DNA of 54,966 nt. It comes from a virus. Taxonomy: Duplodnaviria > Caudoviricetes. The stretch spans positions 1-54,966 of IMG/VR virus record IMGVR_UViG_3300020156_000036. The stretch is one strand, 5' to 3'. Positions 34,371 through 46,100 of this stretch are shown in pieces. A program made the translations under genes and the position numbers. Positions within the stretch are counted from its first letter, which is position 1; each line of letters starts with the position of its first letter. The notes beneath the pieces are model-generated. The model did no database searches. It saw nothing but the letters and a program-made list of their open reading frames with translations, and was not told where the DNA came from.

Positions 34371-37300
34371 TGTGGTCTCACAGTCACGCGGGTTTTCTGA
34401 CCATTCGGAGTAGCTGTTCGCACACCGGAGCTACTGCCTGCCGACTGCCAGGTGTACGGGCCAACTCCGGTCACGGAGCCAGCCATTCCATTGGACGACC
34501 CACCACGTACTATGGCCAAGTCAGTCATTCCCGATCCTACCTGTACATCAGAAGAAATGCTCCAGAACTCCGTTACCGTCTGAGGGCCTGGAGGATACAT
34601 GTCTGGGTCCGCCTCGGTTGGAGCGAACAGAGTTGCCACCCGCGTCCAGACACCACCCTTACGGGCATACACATACAGGGTGGTACTTTGGTAATCTTCG
34701 TTACCGAATTCGATAGCACCACCACTGCTTCCCTGTACAAAATGGTTCTGCTGGCCGTTGGCCGCTACCGTGTACACGCCGTCTGCAGATTCCGGCAGAG
34801 CACCTCGCGCGATGTAATAGCCGGGAAAACCTTCAATGGTCACAGCCACGTCCGGACCACTGATGGATTGCGCCGAGGGCGTACCGGGGACGTTGATTTT
34901 AGCACGCATCGTGAACCCTGTTTGGGTCAGGTTCTCGGCCCGCACGTCGTAAGTCTCCCCGGCGGCAAGCGGGGCTAGATTGTTCATAGCAAAGGTCAAG
35001 GCGGGGAGGCCGCCAAGGTCGGTTCCGAACGAAACCACTTCGCCATCGGCAGCGCTGAAGTCCACCGAACGAAGCGCAACTGGCCACCCCTGCCCGTTGC
35101 CGAGGCGAATGAACGCCCCGGCCTGAAGACCACCGGTCAGCACCACGTTGCCATTGCTGACTTCCAGGGCCTTCTTCCAGTCTTGCCCTTGCGGGTTGAA
35201 GACAGCGAACTGGCGAGCTCCGATGGCCACCGACGACGTAGGCGGTGCTCCAGGGGTCAGCTCGGCCCGAGCTTCGATGAAGGCGTCTGCGCCAGGGACA
35301 GCGGCTCCAATGGCCCAACGAGCCATCGTACGGCCTTCCAGATCGGCCACAGCCTCCTCAGTCTCAGTAACACGAGCGTAAAGCTCCGCATCCAGGCCGT
35401 CAATGCGCAAATGATCGATAGAGACCCCGATATCCGGGTTACTATCATAGTTGGCAAGGAACACCAGCCGAATGTGAGTCGTTCCAGCTGGGAAAGCTAG
35501 ACCCGAGTTTCCACCAATCTTAGTCGACAGTTCAATAATGTCGAGAGGATTGTAAAGCTGACCAGAAGTCAGCAAATAGATGTTACCGTTAGCGGCTCCT
35601 ACAAGGTTGCCTGCAGAATCGAAGCACTTGATACCAGCGTAAACTCGAGCCTGACCAGAACCATGCACGAGGAACCGGGTGGAGATGTCGTATTCTTCAT
35701 TGACATCTACCGGGAACTTGTTGAGGCTGTACAGCTGGCGATAGTTGCCAGTGGCACGGAGCAGATTTGAATAACCACGATACGTAGCGATGGGTTGCCA
35801 GATAGATGGATTGGCTGGAGTCCAAGCTACATCCTGAGCCCAGCCCTCAACACCACGATCAAAGGACATGTTGCCCTCGATCATGGACAGGGCATCAACA
35901 CGAGCTTCAACCGTAGTTACACGACTGGCATCAGCCTTCAATAGTTGAAGGTTAGAGTTTGCTTGCTCAGTGCTGGCAATCCGCGCAGCGACTGAGGAGA
36001 AGCTGCCACGAGCTTGTTGAGTTTCAATCTCCTCAGGTCTGGCCGGACGTATGCCGCACAGATACCAAGTCAGACTATTCTCACTGACAACCGTCCCAAG
36101 ACCACCTTGGTGAGCCGAGGGGTCAATGCGAGCTCGCGTGGTGTTGGGGTTCACCGCCCGAATCAGCTTGGAGAAGCGATAGGTACGACCAATCTGGCCA
36201 TCACCAATAGCAACACCCATACTGTTATTGGGATCGGTGGTGAAAGGTATCAGATGACTATCAAGCGTCGTGCCGCCATTATCAACCTCACGCACCCGTA
36301 CCCCGGCTCCGTGCAGAGTCCCTGCGTCCAAGCGGAAATGTCCTTCAACGACCATGTACTGGTCTTTGACCCAAGTCCCAGGCTCAGTTGTTTGAGCCAA
36401 GTAGGCTGAACCTCCGGCAGGTGCAGTGACCTTAAAGCCGTATTGGGCTACTTCACCGGGGACGCGAGTGCCATCAGGACCGCTCTTAGCCCAATGAGTC
36501 GGGACACCGGTTGTAGTATTTTCTGGCCACAACGCCATCTGAGCGTTCTTGTTGATGAACCCTCCAGAAGCAGCTACTGCTGCTTGAGACTGAGCCTCAA
36601 GCGTAGTAACACGACTGGCTTCAGCCTTACCGGTCTCAAGATTGGCCGTTGCAGTTTCCAACAGACCAATACGAGCAGCGGCCGTATGTGTCTCAGTAAT
36701 GTCTTGAAGCGCAGACATCGAGCGAACTTTGACTGAAGCTCCGGCTCCAGGCGCCCGCATTGATGAAAACGACACACGACCAAATGCAGCATTCGCAGGG
36801 AAGAATGAGTCTACCCCAGTGACCCCACCACCACTTCTAGCGAACGTTAAGGAAACCTCGTGAGACCCTACAGCGTAGTTAACGTCGAGTAGAGAAGAAC
36901 CGCCAAGATAGTTACCATCCGCATCCCAAGAATAGCGCACGAAACGAGCATCGGCCGGAGCACCAACTTGGTCAAACTGAACCGAGACTTTGTAAACCTT
37001 GCCTAAAGCCAGAGGGCTGAGAGGCTGAGGAGCAATAGCGCGGGCATCGGTGAAGTTAGCATAATACCCACCAGCATCTTGAGCAACGTAAGCAGTTCCG
37101 AGAGGACCTGCCGGGTTGGCAGACGGGTCACGCGTAAAGTTGGCGCCGGTAGGCTCTGTGATGCGGTTTGAACCGACGTTTGAGACAGAAGCCTCAAGGA
37201 TGGCCACCCGGCTGGCATCAGCCTTGCCGGTGTTCAGATTGCCGATGGCTAGCGTCATGTCCGCAACCCGGGCTTTAATACCCGTGGTTGGTGTGTTGAG

Positions 37301-40300
37301 ATCGACTTCTACTGCCTCAACACGGCTAGCGTCAGCCTTACCTAGTTCAAGATCAGAAACAGCATCCTCAACTTCAGCTGTTCGAGCCAACAGGCCTGTC
37401 GTCGGAGTCTGTACCTGAGTTTCAAGAGTTGATACGCGAGTAACTGAGGCCTTGCCGCTATCCAGATCGGACACGGCATCCTCCAGTTGGGTGGCGCGTG
37501 CCATCAAGCTGATTTCGTCGCTGTGGTCAAACAGCGGAGACATCTCGCGGACTTTTGCAGTTCCGCCAGCTGAATTACGAAGAGGTTGCCACGCTATTCT
37601 AACATATACAGTACCATCAACCAACGTGGTATCAACGCCATCCACCCCGATACCAAATGTGCGAGTAATCTCACTTGCACCAAGAGGAGTGGGATAAAGT
37701 GCCGTGCTCTGGCTGCCGAGGTAAACGCCATTAGCGTCAAATCGATAAGCCACGAACCGACCAGTGTCTGCGACACCATATTGCTCATGAAGTACACGGA
37801 CTTGATAGGCTTTACCGGCAACGAGACGCTTAACTCGCTTGTGGGCGATGTTTTGCTGACTATTAAACTCTATATTCGGACCGACCGCATCAACGGTGAT
37901 ACGGCCCACAGGCATGTCCGGTGGAGCAAAGGCGCTAGCACCTTGAGTATGGCGAGTTCCGGTAGCGTCAATGACAGGGCTATCAATGCCAGCCAACGAA
38001 GCTTCTACGACACTTACGCGGCTTGCATCAGCTTTGCCAAGGTTTAGACTGGCAACAGCGCTATCGAGCCCAGCCACCCGAGCAAGAATACCCGTGGTCG
38101 GGGTATTGATCGACTGTTCCACAACCGACAGACGACTCGCACTGTCCTCAGTCGCTTCCTCGACTTGACCCACTCGAACCTTGAGTCCAGTAGTCGGGTT
38201 ATCTATATCGGCTTCAACTTCTTCAACTCGGTCCTCAAGCAACGCCCGTGCCTGATTGGCCGCAGCCAAACCTTGAGTCAGCCTAGTGTCGAGTTCGCCA
38301 ACACTAAGGTTAAGGTTGCTGATAGCAGTATCTAGCGCCGTTTGTGCGCGCTGCTCAGCTTCAGTAATCAATCCCGGTACAGCATCAATCGCACTCAAGA
38401 CGCCATCTCGAGGACGTCCCCCGATATTTACAGTGTCATCACTTACATTGGAGCCACCCGGAATGGACACTGGGTCCTCGAGCCCCACGTAAACCCAATC
38501 CGAGACCCAGTTGTCTTGAGTCCTAAAGCGGCCGCGAACGATGTAATCTTCGCCAGCGATAATATTTCTGAAATCACCGATAGGATTTGACGCAGGCAGA
38601 GGCTGGCCAGCACTGTCAAAAATGCCTTCGCCTTCTGAATCAAGCTGGGCAAACTCAACATCCAGATACTGAATGTCACCAGCCGTGATCGGGTCAGCAA
38701 TCACCGCGATCACAGGATAAGATGAACCAGTCGCCGCAGTCCTCACGACCGCTATGGCATCAAAACCCGTCGGCGCCAGAACAGTCTTACGAACCTCAAT
38801 CCCAAGAACAGTGGTAGGTGTTGAGAAATCACCTCGGCGAAGCAAAGTTCTAATCTCAACATCGATCAGCGTCTGGATATCCAGGTCAGGGTCATCGGGG
38901 TCATAAGCCGGACGCTGAATAGGCGGAGTTTTGAAGACTCGTGTATCAGAGCCCAGGATAGGCAACGTGTTCCAAGAACCGCCACTATACCGCCACCGAG
39001 CAACAAAGCCCTGAATAGGATTGTTCGCCGTCTCCACAACGTCGTAGAGAACCTCGACACCATCAGGCTCGCCACGAGTACTGATAATGCGCGGCTTAGG
39101 AGCAGCCTCACGTGGTTTCAGACCAGTACTGATATCCGGTATAGGACCAGTTTCAGCGGCTTCAATAATGTCTGCAATATACGGAGAAGCAGAGATGCGG
39201 ATAGACGACGCATCTTGTGAGTCGAAGTTATCGATTTCAACATCTTCAGTAACCAGGTTCGTTTCACCGAACACAACCAAGTCATCTTTATGCGGGGCAT
39301 CTGCCTCCGCCAAAGGAACCTGGAAATACAAGTTACGAGACGAACCTGGGTTATTTGTCAGTGCGATGCCAACAATAGACTCAGCCGCCCTGCGCACGTC
39401 AATCGAATAATCCAGACCGACATCCATCTCTGCGGCGAAATCTACACGAATGCCAGTAACCATCGTCTTCTCGGCATTAAACCACCGATTGACGACTCGA
39501 CCAGCAGCCTTGCCATAAAGTGCTGCGTGGTGTGAGACTTTGATGCGATCACCGTAGGTTGCGGTAACCCCGTCAAACCCAGCCGTGAACTCATGCACTT
39601 CAGTCTTGTATTCCCGCTTAGCGAGGTAGACTCGACCTTCTTTGAAAGCACGCTCTAACGTACAGGCATACGGAAGACGCAGAGTTTCAAACTGGGTGGC
39701 GTTCTCAGCAGTGTAGCCGTCAGCATACACCCAGACTTCATCAGCACCAGAGCTCTCGTCAAGGTTCTTGAACTCGACGAAAACGGCATGGATTTCGTCT
39801 TGGAACTCGCGCCGATACTTATATGCTGAAACATTTACCGCGCTGAACACTTGACGCGGGATTGGTTTTTCCCAATCTGTAACAAAACACAGGTCTTCAC
39901 CTGACCAGTAGGTGCTGAAACGACCTGCTTGCCCACAGACTCGCATCAAATCTTCTTGAGACATTTCGTCAGTGACGAAAATGCCAGCCCTCCAGTCATT
40001 GGCTTCAATCAACTGATAGGCAGTCTCACAAGAACCGTTGATTTCTTCAGGTGTGAGAGGATTATTCGCCGGAGGCCCTGTCAGCACCCACCGCAGACAC
40101 GCTGCCATGTTAGAGGACGGTTCTGCAGTATCCCAGTTCCCATTCTTAAAAACTGGTACGATGGGAGTGACTACACCACTGACAACGGGCAAGGTGCCGT
40201 TCAGGTCTCCTGAGGACTTAATCCGCAGGACGATACAGGAAAGGTTTTCGTCATTGATGGGCTTGCGGTTGAATACAGACCGAACGGCGGTCCAGTAAGT

Positions 40301-41401
40301 ATCCCAAACCGATGTATCATCAAAACGGTTGTCATAATCATAAGCCTTGACCCGAACCTTGTACTGTTTGGTCTGGTCAGGCAGGTTGAACGAATACGTA
40401 CGGCGAATGGCGTTCTGAGTGCGAGCGTTGATATAGAACGAACCAGCCGGCATGAGCTGACCATTCTTGTTATATGCAGCAGGCAAGCCAGCATTGACCC
40501 AGGCTTCAGTGTCTACTTCCGCATATTGAATTTGCCCCGCGACTTCTTCGTTTTTCTTGCGGCCCTTATCATCAGTAAAGTTCAGGCCATTCGGGAGGGT
40601 GATGTCGATCTCAGCACGATCGGCGCCTTCTTGAAGAGTGGCGACTTCCCAGGTGCCGTGCAGGTCCAGTTCGTCGTTTCGATTCTCTTGAAACTTTGAT
40701 TGCCTATACAGGTTGCTGTTACGTGGACCAGGCGTCAGAAAATATTCGATCTGATAATCTGAAGCTGGATAATCAGCGAGCAGAGTCTCGCCGATCTTAA
40801 TATCTTCAACCTGACATGGTCCGTAGTGCACGCCAAAGATGACGTTAATCCAGGACTGGTCTCCGCGGTTTTCTGTATAACCAAGTGCTGCTACATCGAA
40901 ACCAACCCGCTGACGACCTAGCACAAGAGGCATGGGATAGCGTCGGCGAATGTTATTCGATTGATCTCTTAGAGACCCACTATCGTTTGCGTCTGCGAGC
41001 TGTTCAGGATGGTTAGGCGGGAACAAAGCTGTAGTCAGCACAGCTCCGGCCACTTGAACTGCAGCAGCGGCCCACGGTCCATACATTGCGCCAACTACAA
41101 TGGCAGCAACCTGAACGAAGATTTGGAACGCTGTCCGTAGCGGATTGTCACCATGCGCTTTGACATCGATGACAACCAAGTCGCCATCAACCAAGCATCG
41201 ATCTAGCGCCTCAGGTGTCTTGGGCTGCAGCTCGCCGTTGACTCGGATTTCTACACGCGGCAAATCAACGTAGTCAAGCTTCTTCTGAGCAATCGCACAG
41301 CGAAGGGCTCCGGCCAGATTATTACCAGGCACTGTCCTAAGACGCTCAATCCGAGGCTTGAGCGGCTCAGGTGAAATGATAACGTCGTTACCGGAGCTCA
41401 T
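34367..41401 (-). CDS. Tail tip / central fibre (lambda J-like) with coiled-coil repeats and several beta-sandwich domains
   Basis: 2344 aa; PLVLGRQRV and FN3-like regions; GKADASRV and PTTG repeats. Confidence 0.88.
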   Translation of the reverse strand: MSSGNDVIISPEPLKPRIERLRTVPGNNLAGALRCAIAQKKLDYVDLPRVEIRVNGELQPKTPEALDRCLVDGDLVVIDVKAHGDNPLRTAFQIFVQVAAIVVGAMYGPWAAAAVQVAGAVLTTALFPPNHPEQLADANDSGSLRDQSNNIRRRYPMPLVLGRQRVGFDVAALGYTENRGDQSWINVIFGVHYGPCQVEDIKIGETLLADYPASDYQIEYFLTPGPRNSNLYRQSKFQENRNDELDLHGTWEVATLQEGADRAEIDITLPNGLNFTDDKGRKKNEEVAGQIQYAEVDTEAWVNAGLPAAYNKNGQLMPAGSFYINARTQNAIRRTYSFNLPDQTKQYKVRVKAYDYDNRFDDTSVWDTYWTAVRSVFNRKPINDENLSCIVLRIKSSGDLNGTLPVVSGVVTPIVPVFKNGNWDTAEPSSNMAACLRWVLTGPPANNPLTPEEINGSCETAYQLIEANDWRAGIFVTDEMSQEDLMRVCGQAGRFSTYWSGEDLCFVTDWEKPIPRQVFSAVNVSAYKYRREFQDEIHAVFVEFKNLDESSGADEVWVYADGYTAENATQFETLRLPYACTLERAFKEGRVYLAKREYKTEVHEFTAGFDGVTATYGDRIKVSHHAALYGKAAGRVVNRWFNAEKTMVTGIRVDFAAEMDVGLDYSIDVRRAAESIVGIALTNNPGSSRNLYFQVPLAEADAPHKDDLVVFGETNLVTEDVEIDNFDSQDASSIRISASPYIADIIEAAETGPIPDISTGLKPREAAPKPRIISTRGEPDGVEVLYDVVETANNPIQGFVARWRYSGGSWNTLPILGSDTRVFKTPPIQRPAYDPDDPDLDIQTLIDVEIRTLLRRGDFSTPTTVLGIEVRKTVLAPTGFDAIAVVRTAATGSSYPVIAVIADPITAGDIQYLDVEFAQLDSEGEGIFDSAGQPLPASNPIGDFRNIIAGEDYIVRGRFRTQDNWVSDWVYVGLEDPVSIPGGSNVSDDTVNIGGRPRDGVLSAIDAVPGLITEAEQRAQTALDTAISNLNLSVGELDTRLTQGLAAANQARALLEDRVEEVEADIDNPTTGLKVRVGQVEEATEDSASRLSVVEQSINTPTTGILARVAGLDSAVASLNLGKADASRVSVVEASLAGIDSPVIDATGTRHTQGASAFAPPDMPVGRITVDAVGPNIEFNSQQNIAHKRVKRLVAGKAYQVRVLHEQYGVADTGRFVAYRFDANGVYLGSQSTALYPTPLGASEITRTFGIGVDGVDTTLVDGTVYVRIAWQPLRNSAGGTAKVREMSPLFDHSDEISLMARATQLEDAVSDLDSGKASVTRVSTLETQVQTPTTGLLARTAEVEDAVSDLELGKADASRVEAVEVDLNTPTTGIKARVADMTLAIGNLNTGKADASRVAILEASVSNVGSNRITEPTGANFTRDPSANPAGPLGTAYVAQDAGGYYANFTDARAIAPQPLSPLALGKVYKVSVQFDQVGAPADARFVRYSWDADGNYLGGSSLLDVNYAVGSHEVSLTFARSGGGVTGVDSFFPANAAFGRVSFSSMRAPGAGASVKVRSMSALQDITETHTAAARIGLLETATANLETGKAEASRVTTLEAQSQAAVAASGGFINKNAQMALWPENTTTGVPTHWAKSGPDGTRVPGEVAQYGFKVTAPAGGSAYLAQTTEPGTWVKDQYMVVEGHFRLDAGTLHGAGVRVREVDNGGTTLDSHLIPFTTDPNNSMGVAIGDGQIGRTYRFSKLIRAVNPNTTRARIDPSAHQGGLGTVVSENSLTWYLCGIRPARPEEIETQQARGSFSSVAARIASTEQANSNLQLLKADASRVTTVEARVDALSMIEGNMSFDRGVEGWAQDVAWTPANPSIWQPIATYRGYSNLLRATGNYRQLYSLNKFPVDVNEEYDISTRFLVHGSGQARVYAGIKCFDSAGNLVGAANGNIYLLTSGQLYNPLDIIELSTKIGGNSGLAFPAGTTHIRLVFLANYDSNPDIGVSIDHLRIDGLDAELYARVTETEEAVADLEGRTMARWAIGAAVPGADAFIEARAELTPGAPPTSSVAIGARQFAVFNPQGQDWKKALEVSNGNVVLTGGLQAGAFIRLGNGQGWPVALRSVDFSAADGEVVSFGTDLGGLPALTFAMNNLAPLAAGETYDVRAENLTQTGFTMRAKINVPGTPSAQSISGPDVAVTIEGFPGYYIARGALPESADGVYTVAANGQQNHFVQGSSGGAIEFGNEDYQSTTLYVYARKGGVWTRVATLFAPTEADPDMYPPGPQTVTEFWSISSDVQVGSGMTDLAIVRGGSSNGMAGSVTGVGPYTWQSAGSSSGVRTATPNGQKTRVTVRPQ

Positions 41402-41786
41402 AAGCGCCTTCTAACCTTCTTAACCACGTCTTCTTCTGGAACGTATCGACACAGGTTCCATAAACCCGGCGAGCGTGCAAGAAGTTGTGAGCATCAAGCA
41501 TGAGGCCCACGTGAGCAACTCTTTCGCCTACTCGTAGAAGCACAACAGCTCCAGCTTTCAGCTCACATTTTTTCCAAGCTGCAACTCTTTCCTGCATTGC
41601 CTGAGCAACGAAGGTAGGGTTTTCAGCCTGCTCAACAGGATACCAGCCGTCCATTCCAGGTGAGTCAAGACCTAGCCAGTTTCGACGGCCCCAAGCTACA
41701 CAGCCTCGGCAGTCCCAACCTGAAAGATCAAAACCATTCAGTTTGTATGGGACAGTGAGAACCTTCTCTGCTGCCTCATAGAACAT
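41388..41786 (-). CDS. NlpC/P60 tail tip protein
   Basis: GWDCRG, HVGLM, FLHA; TAATG coupling. Confidence 0.85.
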   Translation of the reverse strand: MFYEAAEKVLTVPYKLNGFDLSGWDCRGCVAWGRRNWLGLDSPGMDGWYPVEQAENPTFVAQAMQERVAAWKKCELKAGAVVLLRVGERVAHVGLMLDAHNFLHARRVYGTCVDTFQKKTWLRRLEGAYELR

Positions 41787-42259
41787 TAGAACAGTCCTGG
41801 AGTTCTCGCCATCACGTACCTTGCAGCGCATGCAGGTTCACGCTTAAAGTCGCGTGGTGAGATAGTGAAACTAAGTCTGTTGTCGTCCACCTCCACATCG
41901 TCCATCCTCACACCGATGAGCGACTGCTCAACGACATCAGGTTCAGAAAGGCGGACAACACGAACGTCCAGACGAGGCCTGTTTTTGACTGTTCGAGCAG
42001 CCAACATCAGACTACCGTCGATGTTATCAACCTCAAGCCTAGCAGTTTTGCTAGGCTCGTCCATACTAGCCCCGCCAAAGCCTACTGTAAACGCGGCAAA
42101 CTTGTAGAAAACCCCACCGCTAGTCACTCCATCTGGGTGATCACAGACACGGATAGGTTCAGCCAGATTTGCAGCCGTGATAGTCAGAAGAACTGCCTCA
42201 GGCTCGACCACCGAGGAATAGGCGTTCTTGATCGCATCATCAGACAGGTCTTGAGCCAC
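41786..42259 (-). CDS. DUF1833-type tail tip protein
   Basis: LLTIT..PIRV, LEVDN; synteny. Confidence 0.8.
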   Translation of the reverse strand: MAQDLSDDAIKNAYSSVVEPEAVLLTITAANLAEPIRVCDHPDGVTSGGVFYKFAAFTVGFGGASMDEPSKTARLEVDNIDGSLMLAARTVKNRPRLDVRVVRLSEPDVVEQSLIGVRMDDVEVDDNRLSFTISPRDFKREPACAARYVMARTPGLF

Positions 42260-43155
42260 TACAGCACCTGTATTTGAAGGCCGAATGATGCCATTTTATC
42301 AGCACCTAGACCAGAGTAAACGGGCTCACCATCCGGAAGCCACGTAGCACGACACAGCTGAAGAGTATCAGGGCGAACAAACCAAAAGGGTTCGCTGCCA
42401 GTTCTAAAGAACTTATCCAGGATGGCATGGCCTTCTTGGTTCACCTTCACACTACCACGTGCCAAGTACCACGGTACAGTAGTCACTTTCTTAGTCAGAG
42501 TAACACCAGTCTCGCCTTGAAAGCCCTTACGGGTTGGGATAGGTTCAACTGAGAAGTTGTCGGCACGAATATGAGGCAGCTCAGATGGCCAATGTGGCAA
42601 GTCAAGATCAGGATTGATTGAAAGACCCGGGTCCCAACAACGATACTTAGTTTTCGAAGAAGGTAGGGCTTCCAAATAAGGCTTCATCAGCAGTAGATGA
42701 GCGTTGCCAGCGCTTTGAGACGTGCCTAGCAGACGCAGTCGAGCTCTGGTGGCGCCGGCAGGAACAATACGCCGAGCATGAGAAAAGTGAAACGAGCTTG
42801 CCAACCCAAGTCGCGGATTGCCGTCACCAAATCGAACAATCGGAATCTCAACAGCAGCCCCCACCATTGCATTGGCTGCATCATAGTATCGAACCGTCAG
42901 TTGAGACGTTCCCCGCGTAAAGACGTGGTGGCCGAATACTTCTATTGTCTGACCAGCGGTAACTGCCACATCATAAACTGTTCCGCTGGTAATGCTGACT
43001 GTTTCAGGATTGGCTACTACCTTTTCGGCTTGTAGCACAGTACGGCCTTCATAGCCGTATGTATTCTCGTTCGCAGTTAACACAGCTCCAGCGCTGGGAC
43101 TCCAGGCGGTAACACCATCCTGAAAGCCTGCATTAGTGAGACCATTGCCCGGCAT
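42259..43155 (-). CDS. Distal tail protein with N-terminal carbohydrate-binding-like domain
   Basis: LTNAGFQDG..W start, WPSELP; follows the tape measure gene. Confidence 0.7.
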   Translation of the reverse strand: MPGNGLTNAGFQDGVTAWSPSAGAVLTANENTYGYEGRTVLQAEKVVANPETVSITSGTVYDVAVTAGQTIEVFGHHVFTRGTSQLTVRYYDAANAMVGAAVEIPIVRFGDGNPRLGLASSFHFSHARRIVPAGATRARLRLLGTSQSAGNAHLLLMKPYLEALPSSKTKYRCWDPGLSINPDLDLPHWPSELPHIRADNFSVEPIPTRKGFQGETGVTLTKKVTTVPWYLARGSVKVNQEGHAILDKFFRTGSEPFWFVRPDTLQLCRATWLPDGEPVYSGLGADKMASFGLQIQVL

Positions 43156-46100
43156 CAGACTCTCCGTTTAGGACGTGGCGTTGATTTTTGAGCCTTGTCG
43201 ACAACGCCTCGACGCCCAGCGCTCATGATGCCTTCATCGATCAAAGGCTCCAAGCGAACTTTGGTGTTACCTTGATCGTCCTTCTCCATCGTAGCCTTAG
43301 CGGGCACGCCCGTAGCATTGATGATGGACAGACCTAGATTAACATCACCCTGACGAACATTCGTTTCAGTACGATTAGGCAGGACTCGACCCGCTTGGTT
43401 AAAAGCGACATATTCAGGCCCATTCTCACCGACTTTGACAACTTCGCCGGACTGGAAGTTGGCGCCACCAGCAGCTTTCTTACCGAAGCCAAAGAAGCTA
43501 CCAATGGAGCTGGCAATCGACCCGAAATCAAAACCTCCGCCTCCACCTTGCTGGTTCATCAAAGCCGCGATCTGCTCAGCAAAGAAGTCGTAAAGGATGT
43601 CGAGAGCGTTTGAAAGACCTTCGACAGACTTTTCTTCAATGGTGTCAGCAAAAGCTTGGCCCCAATCACCACCTCGGTAGGCTTCAAGGAGCGCGTCCTT
43701 AATGGGGTCAAGTACGATGCCTTTGATCTTACCTTTCAGTTCAGCTTCATCGAGGTCTTCTTCATCACGAGTAACTCGGTTTTCTGCGGCCTCAGGAGTC
43801 AGACCGCCCTGCTCAACTAGAGCACGAATACGCTGCAAACGATCAATAATCCGATCAAGCTCACGTACGCGTTCACTGTTACCAGCAAGCCTAGCCAACT
43901 CACGCTGAAGCAAAAGGTCTTGCTCTTGCAGGAACGCCTGCTGCTCTAGTCGAGTCTGACGGGCTTCTTCATCTTTCTCGCGCTGTTCATCAGCACGCTC
44001 ACGTGCTTCTTCAGCAAGTTCAGTCTGACGTGCCAGTTCACGGGCGGCTCGAAGCTCATTTATATGAGCCTTGGCCATCTCTTCTGCTTGCTCAGGCGTA
44101 TATTGCTGATCAATAAGTTCAGCAATCAAACGACGACGAGTAATCTCATCTTCGGTAAACTGGGCAAGACTCTCTGCTCCAGCTTCCCGCTGAAGTTGAG
44201 CCCGACGCTCGAGCTCTGCCATTTCACGGCGAGCCTCTAGTTCCTCCCGGGTTTCCTCCCTTCTAGAGCGTCCACGGCGGCCACCCGTTGAACCCTCTCC
44301 ACCTCCTCCATTGACCGTGGTAATGTTTGAAGTGTTAGGAGAGGGCCTCTCGAGAGTGGGGTCGTCAATAGACTCGAAGATGACATTGCGTGCAGAAACA
44401 GCCTGCCGCAACATATCATTGTTGTCGTTGTAGACCGCTACAGCGTTACGATACTCTTGTTCGGCTGTTCTCAGGGCCTGGCTGGCGTTTGGAGAAGCAG
44501 CAGCTTCAAGCGCCCGTCGCTCCAGATCAGCGCTACTGGAGTATCGGCTCGAACCACGTGGGAAACCGGCTTCTCGGAAGAGTCTGTCACGAGCGTTATC
44601 AACTCGTTCTCGGTTATCTGTCTGGAAGATATCGGACCAGTTTCCGCCGGTTTGCGCTCTACGCAGGTCCGTGATTTGCTCATCAAGTTTTTCAAGCCTT
44701 TGCTGCCGTTGGGCGGCAGTCAGATATTTCACATACTCTGCAGCATTCGCTGCAGCAACAGCGACTGAGTCATAAGCAGAGGCACTATCGCGAGCATTCC
44801 TAGCAGCTTCAGTAGACGCGCGAGCACCATCTCGCTGCTCACCAGCCAACGTATCTACACGCTGGGCAGTTTCCCCAGCAGACTGCTCCATCTCTTCAAG
44901 AGTCGCACGCAGATTATCGCCAGCAGCTTCAGCCTTAGCAGCCTCAGTAGAGAAGTAAGCCAAGGCACCGGCCACGACCATAATCGCGATGCCGATTGGG
45001 CCACCGAAGAAGCCCATAGCCACGCCCAAACCGCGCATAGCCACGGCTGCAGCATTTGCCACAGCAGTGCTGGCACTCATTGCTGTGCGAAGAACCCGCT
45101 GGGCGTTACTCACACGTTGAAGCGAGCCCGACAACGCAACATGCTGCGCATTGAGACGAGCTTCAGCTAAAGCAAGTTCATCCGTAACTCGTTTCAGCTG
45201 CATACGATTGGCGATCATTGCCTTCGTAGCAGTATCTCGAGCGGCCGTAGCAGCACCTTGGTCAGCACCACTTACAAACTGACCACGATTTCTGCCCGAA
45301 GCAATCCCGGCAACTGCAGCGCGCTGTTGTTCAGCAAGCGCAATATTTTGCTGATAGGCCAACGCTTCTTGACGAAGCTGGTTAATCCGCTCCTGAGTAG
45401 CCACCACGCTTTCACGAGCTGCATCTCGATCAGCCTGGGCCTTACGAAGCAGGGCTCCAGCACTGGCTCGAGCGGCCTGAGCTTCAAGTTGGAAGGCTGT
45501 ACGACCTTGCATCAGGCTTGCAACGAACTTAGCGTTCGAAACAGCAGCCTGTTGCAGAGGCACAGTCATGCGACCGACCACAGCGCCGCCCACTAGAGCA
45601 GCAGACACGATGACAGCCTGAGCCATCAGGTCAAAGTCGTTAGCAACTTTTTGAGTAAACTCAGCAACGCCAGTCGAGACGCCCAAAGCACGATCAAACG
45701 TACCAAGGAACTCAGTAGCTTCATTCTTCAGCAGAGTGAATGACTCACCAATAGTAGCACGAGTGCGACCAAACTGCTCGTCAATCTGCGGACCATATTT
45801 CAGAATCGCTGAGAAGACTCGATCTGAAGTAAGTTCACCCTCGGCACCCAACTTCTTCAGCTGACCGATCGTGACCCCAAACTCAGTCGCAATAGCCCGA
45901 GCAATCAGAGGTGAGTTTTCACGAATGGAGCGAAGTTCATCACCTTGAAGATTACCAGAGGCAAGAGCCTGACCAAGCTGTGTGATGGTGCTGATCTGTT
46001 CAGCAGTAGTAGCACCACCAGCCTTCACGGCCTTGTTGATCAGCTCCGTGACACGAAGACGTTGGTAATCAGTGGCGTTAAGCTCTTGGGTTGATCTGGT

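Noticed and set aside
34367-41401. Diversity-generating retroelement acting on the tail fibre
   Set aside because: No reverse transcriptase and no TR/VR pair seen.
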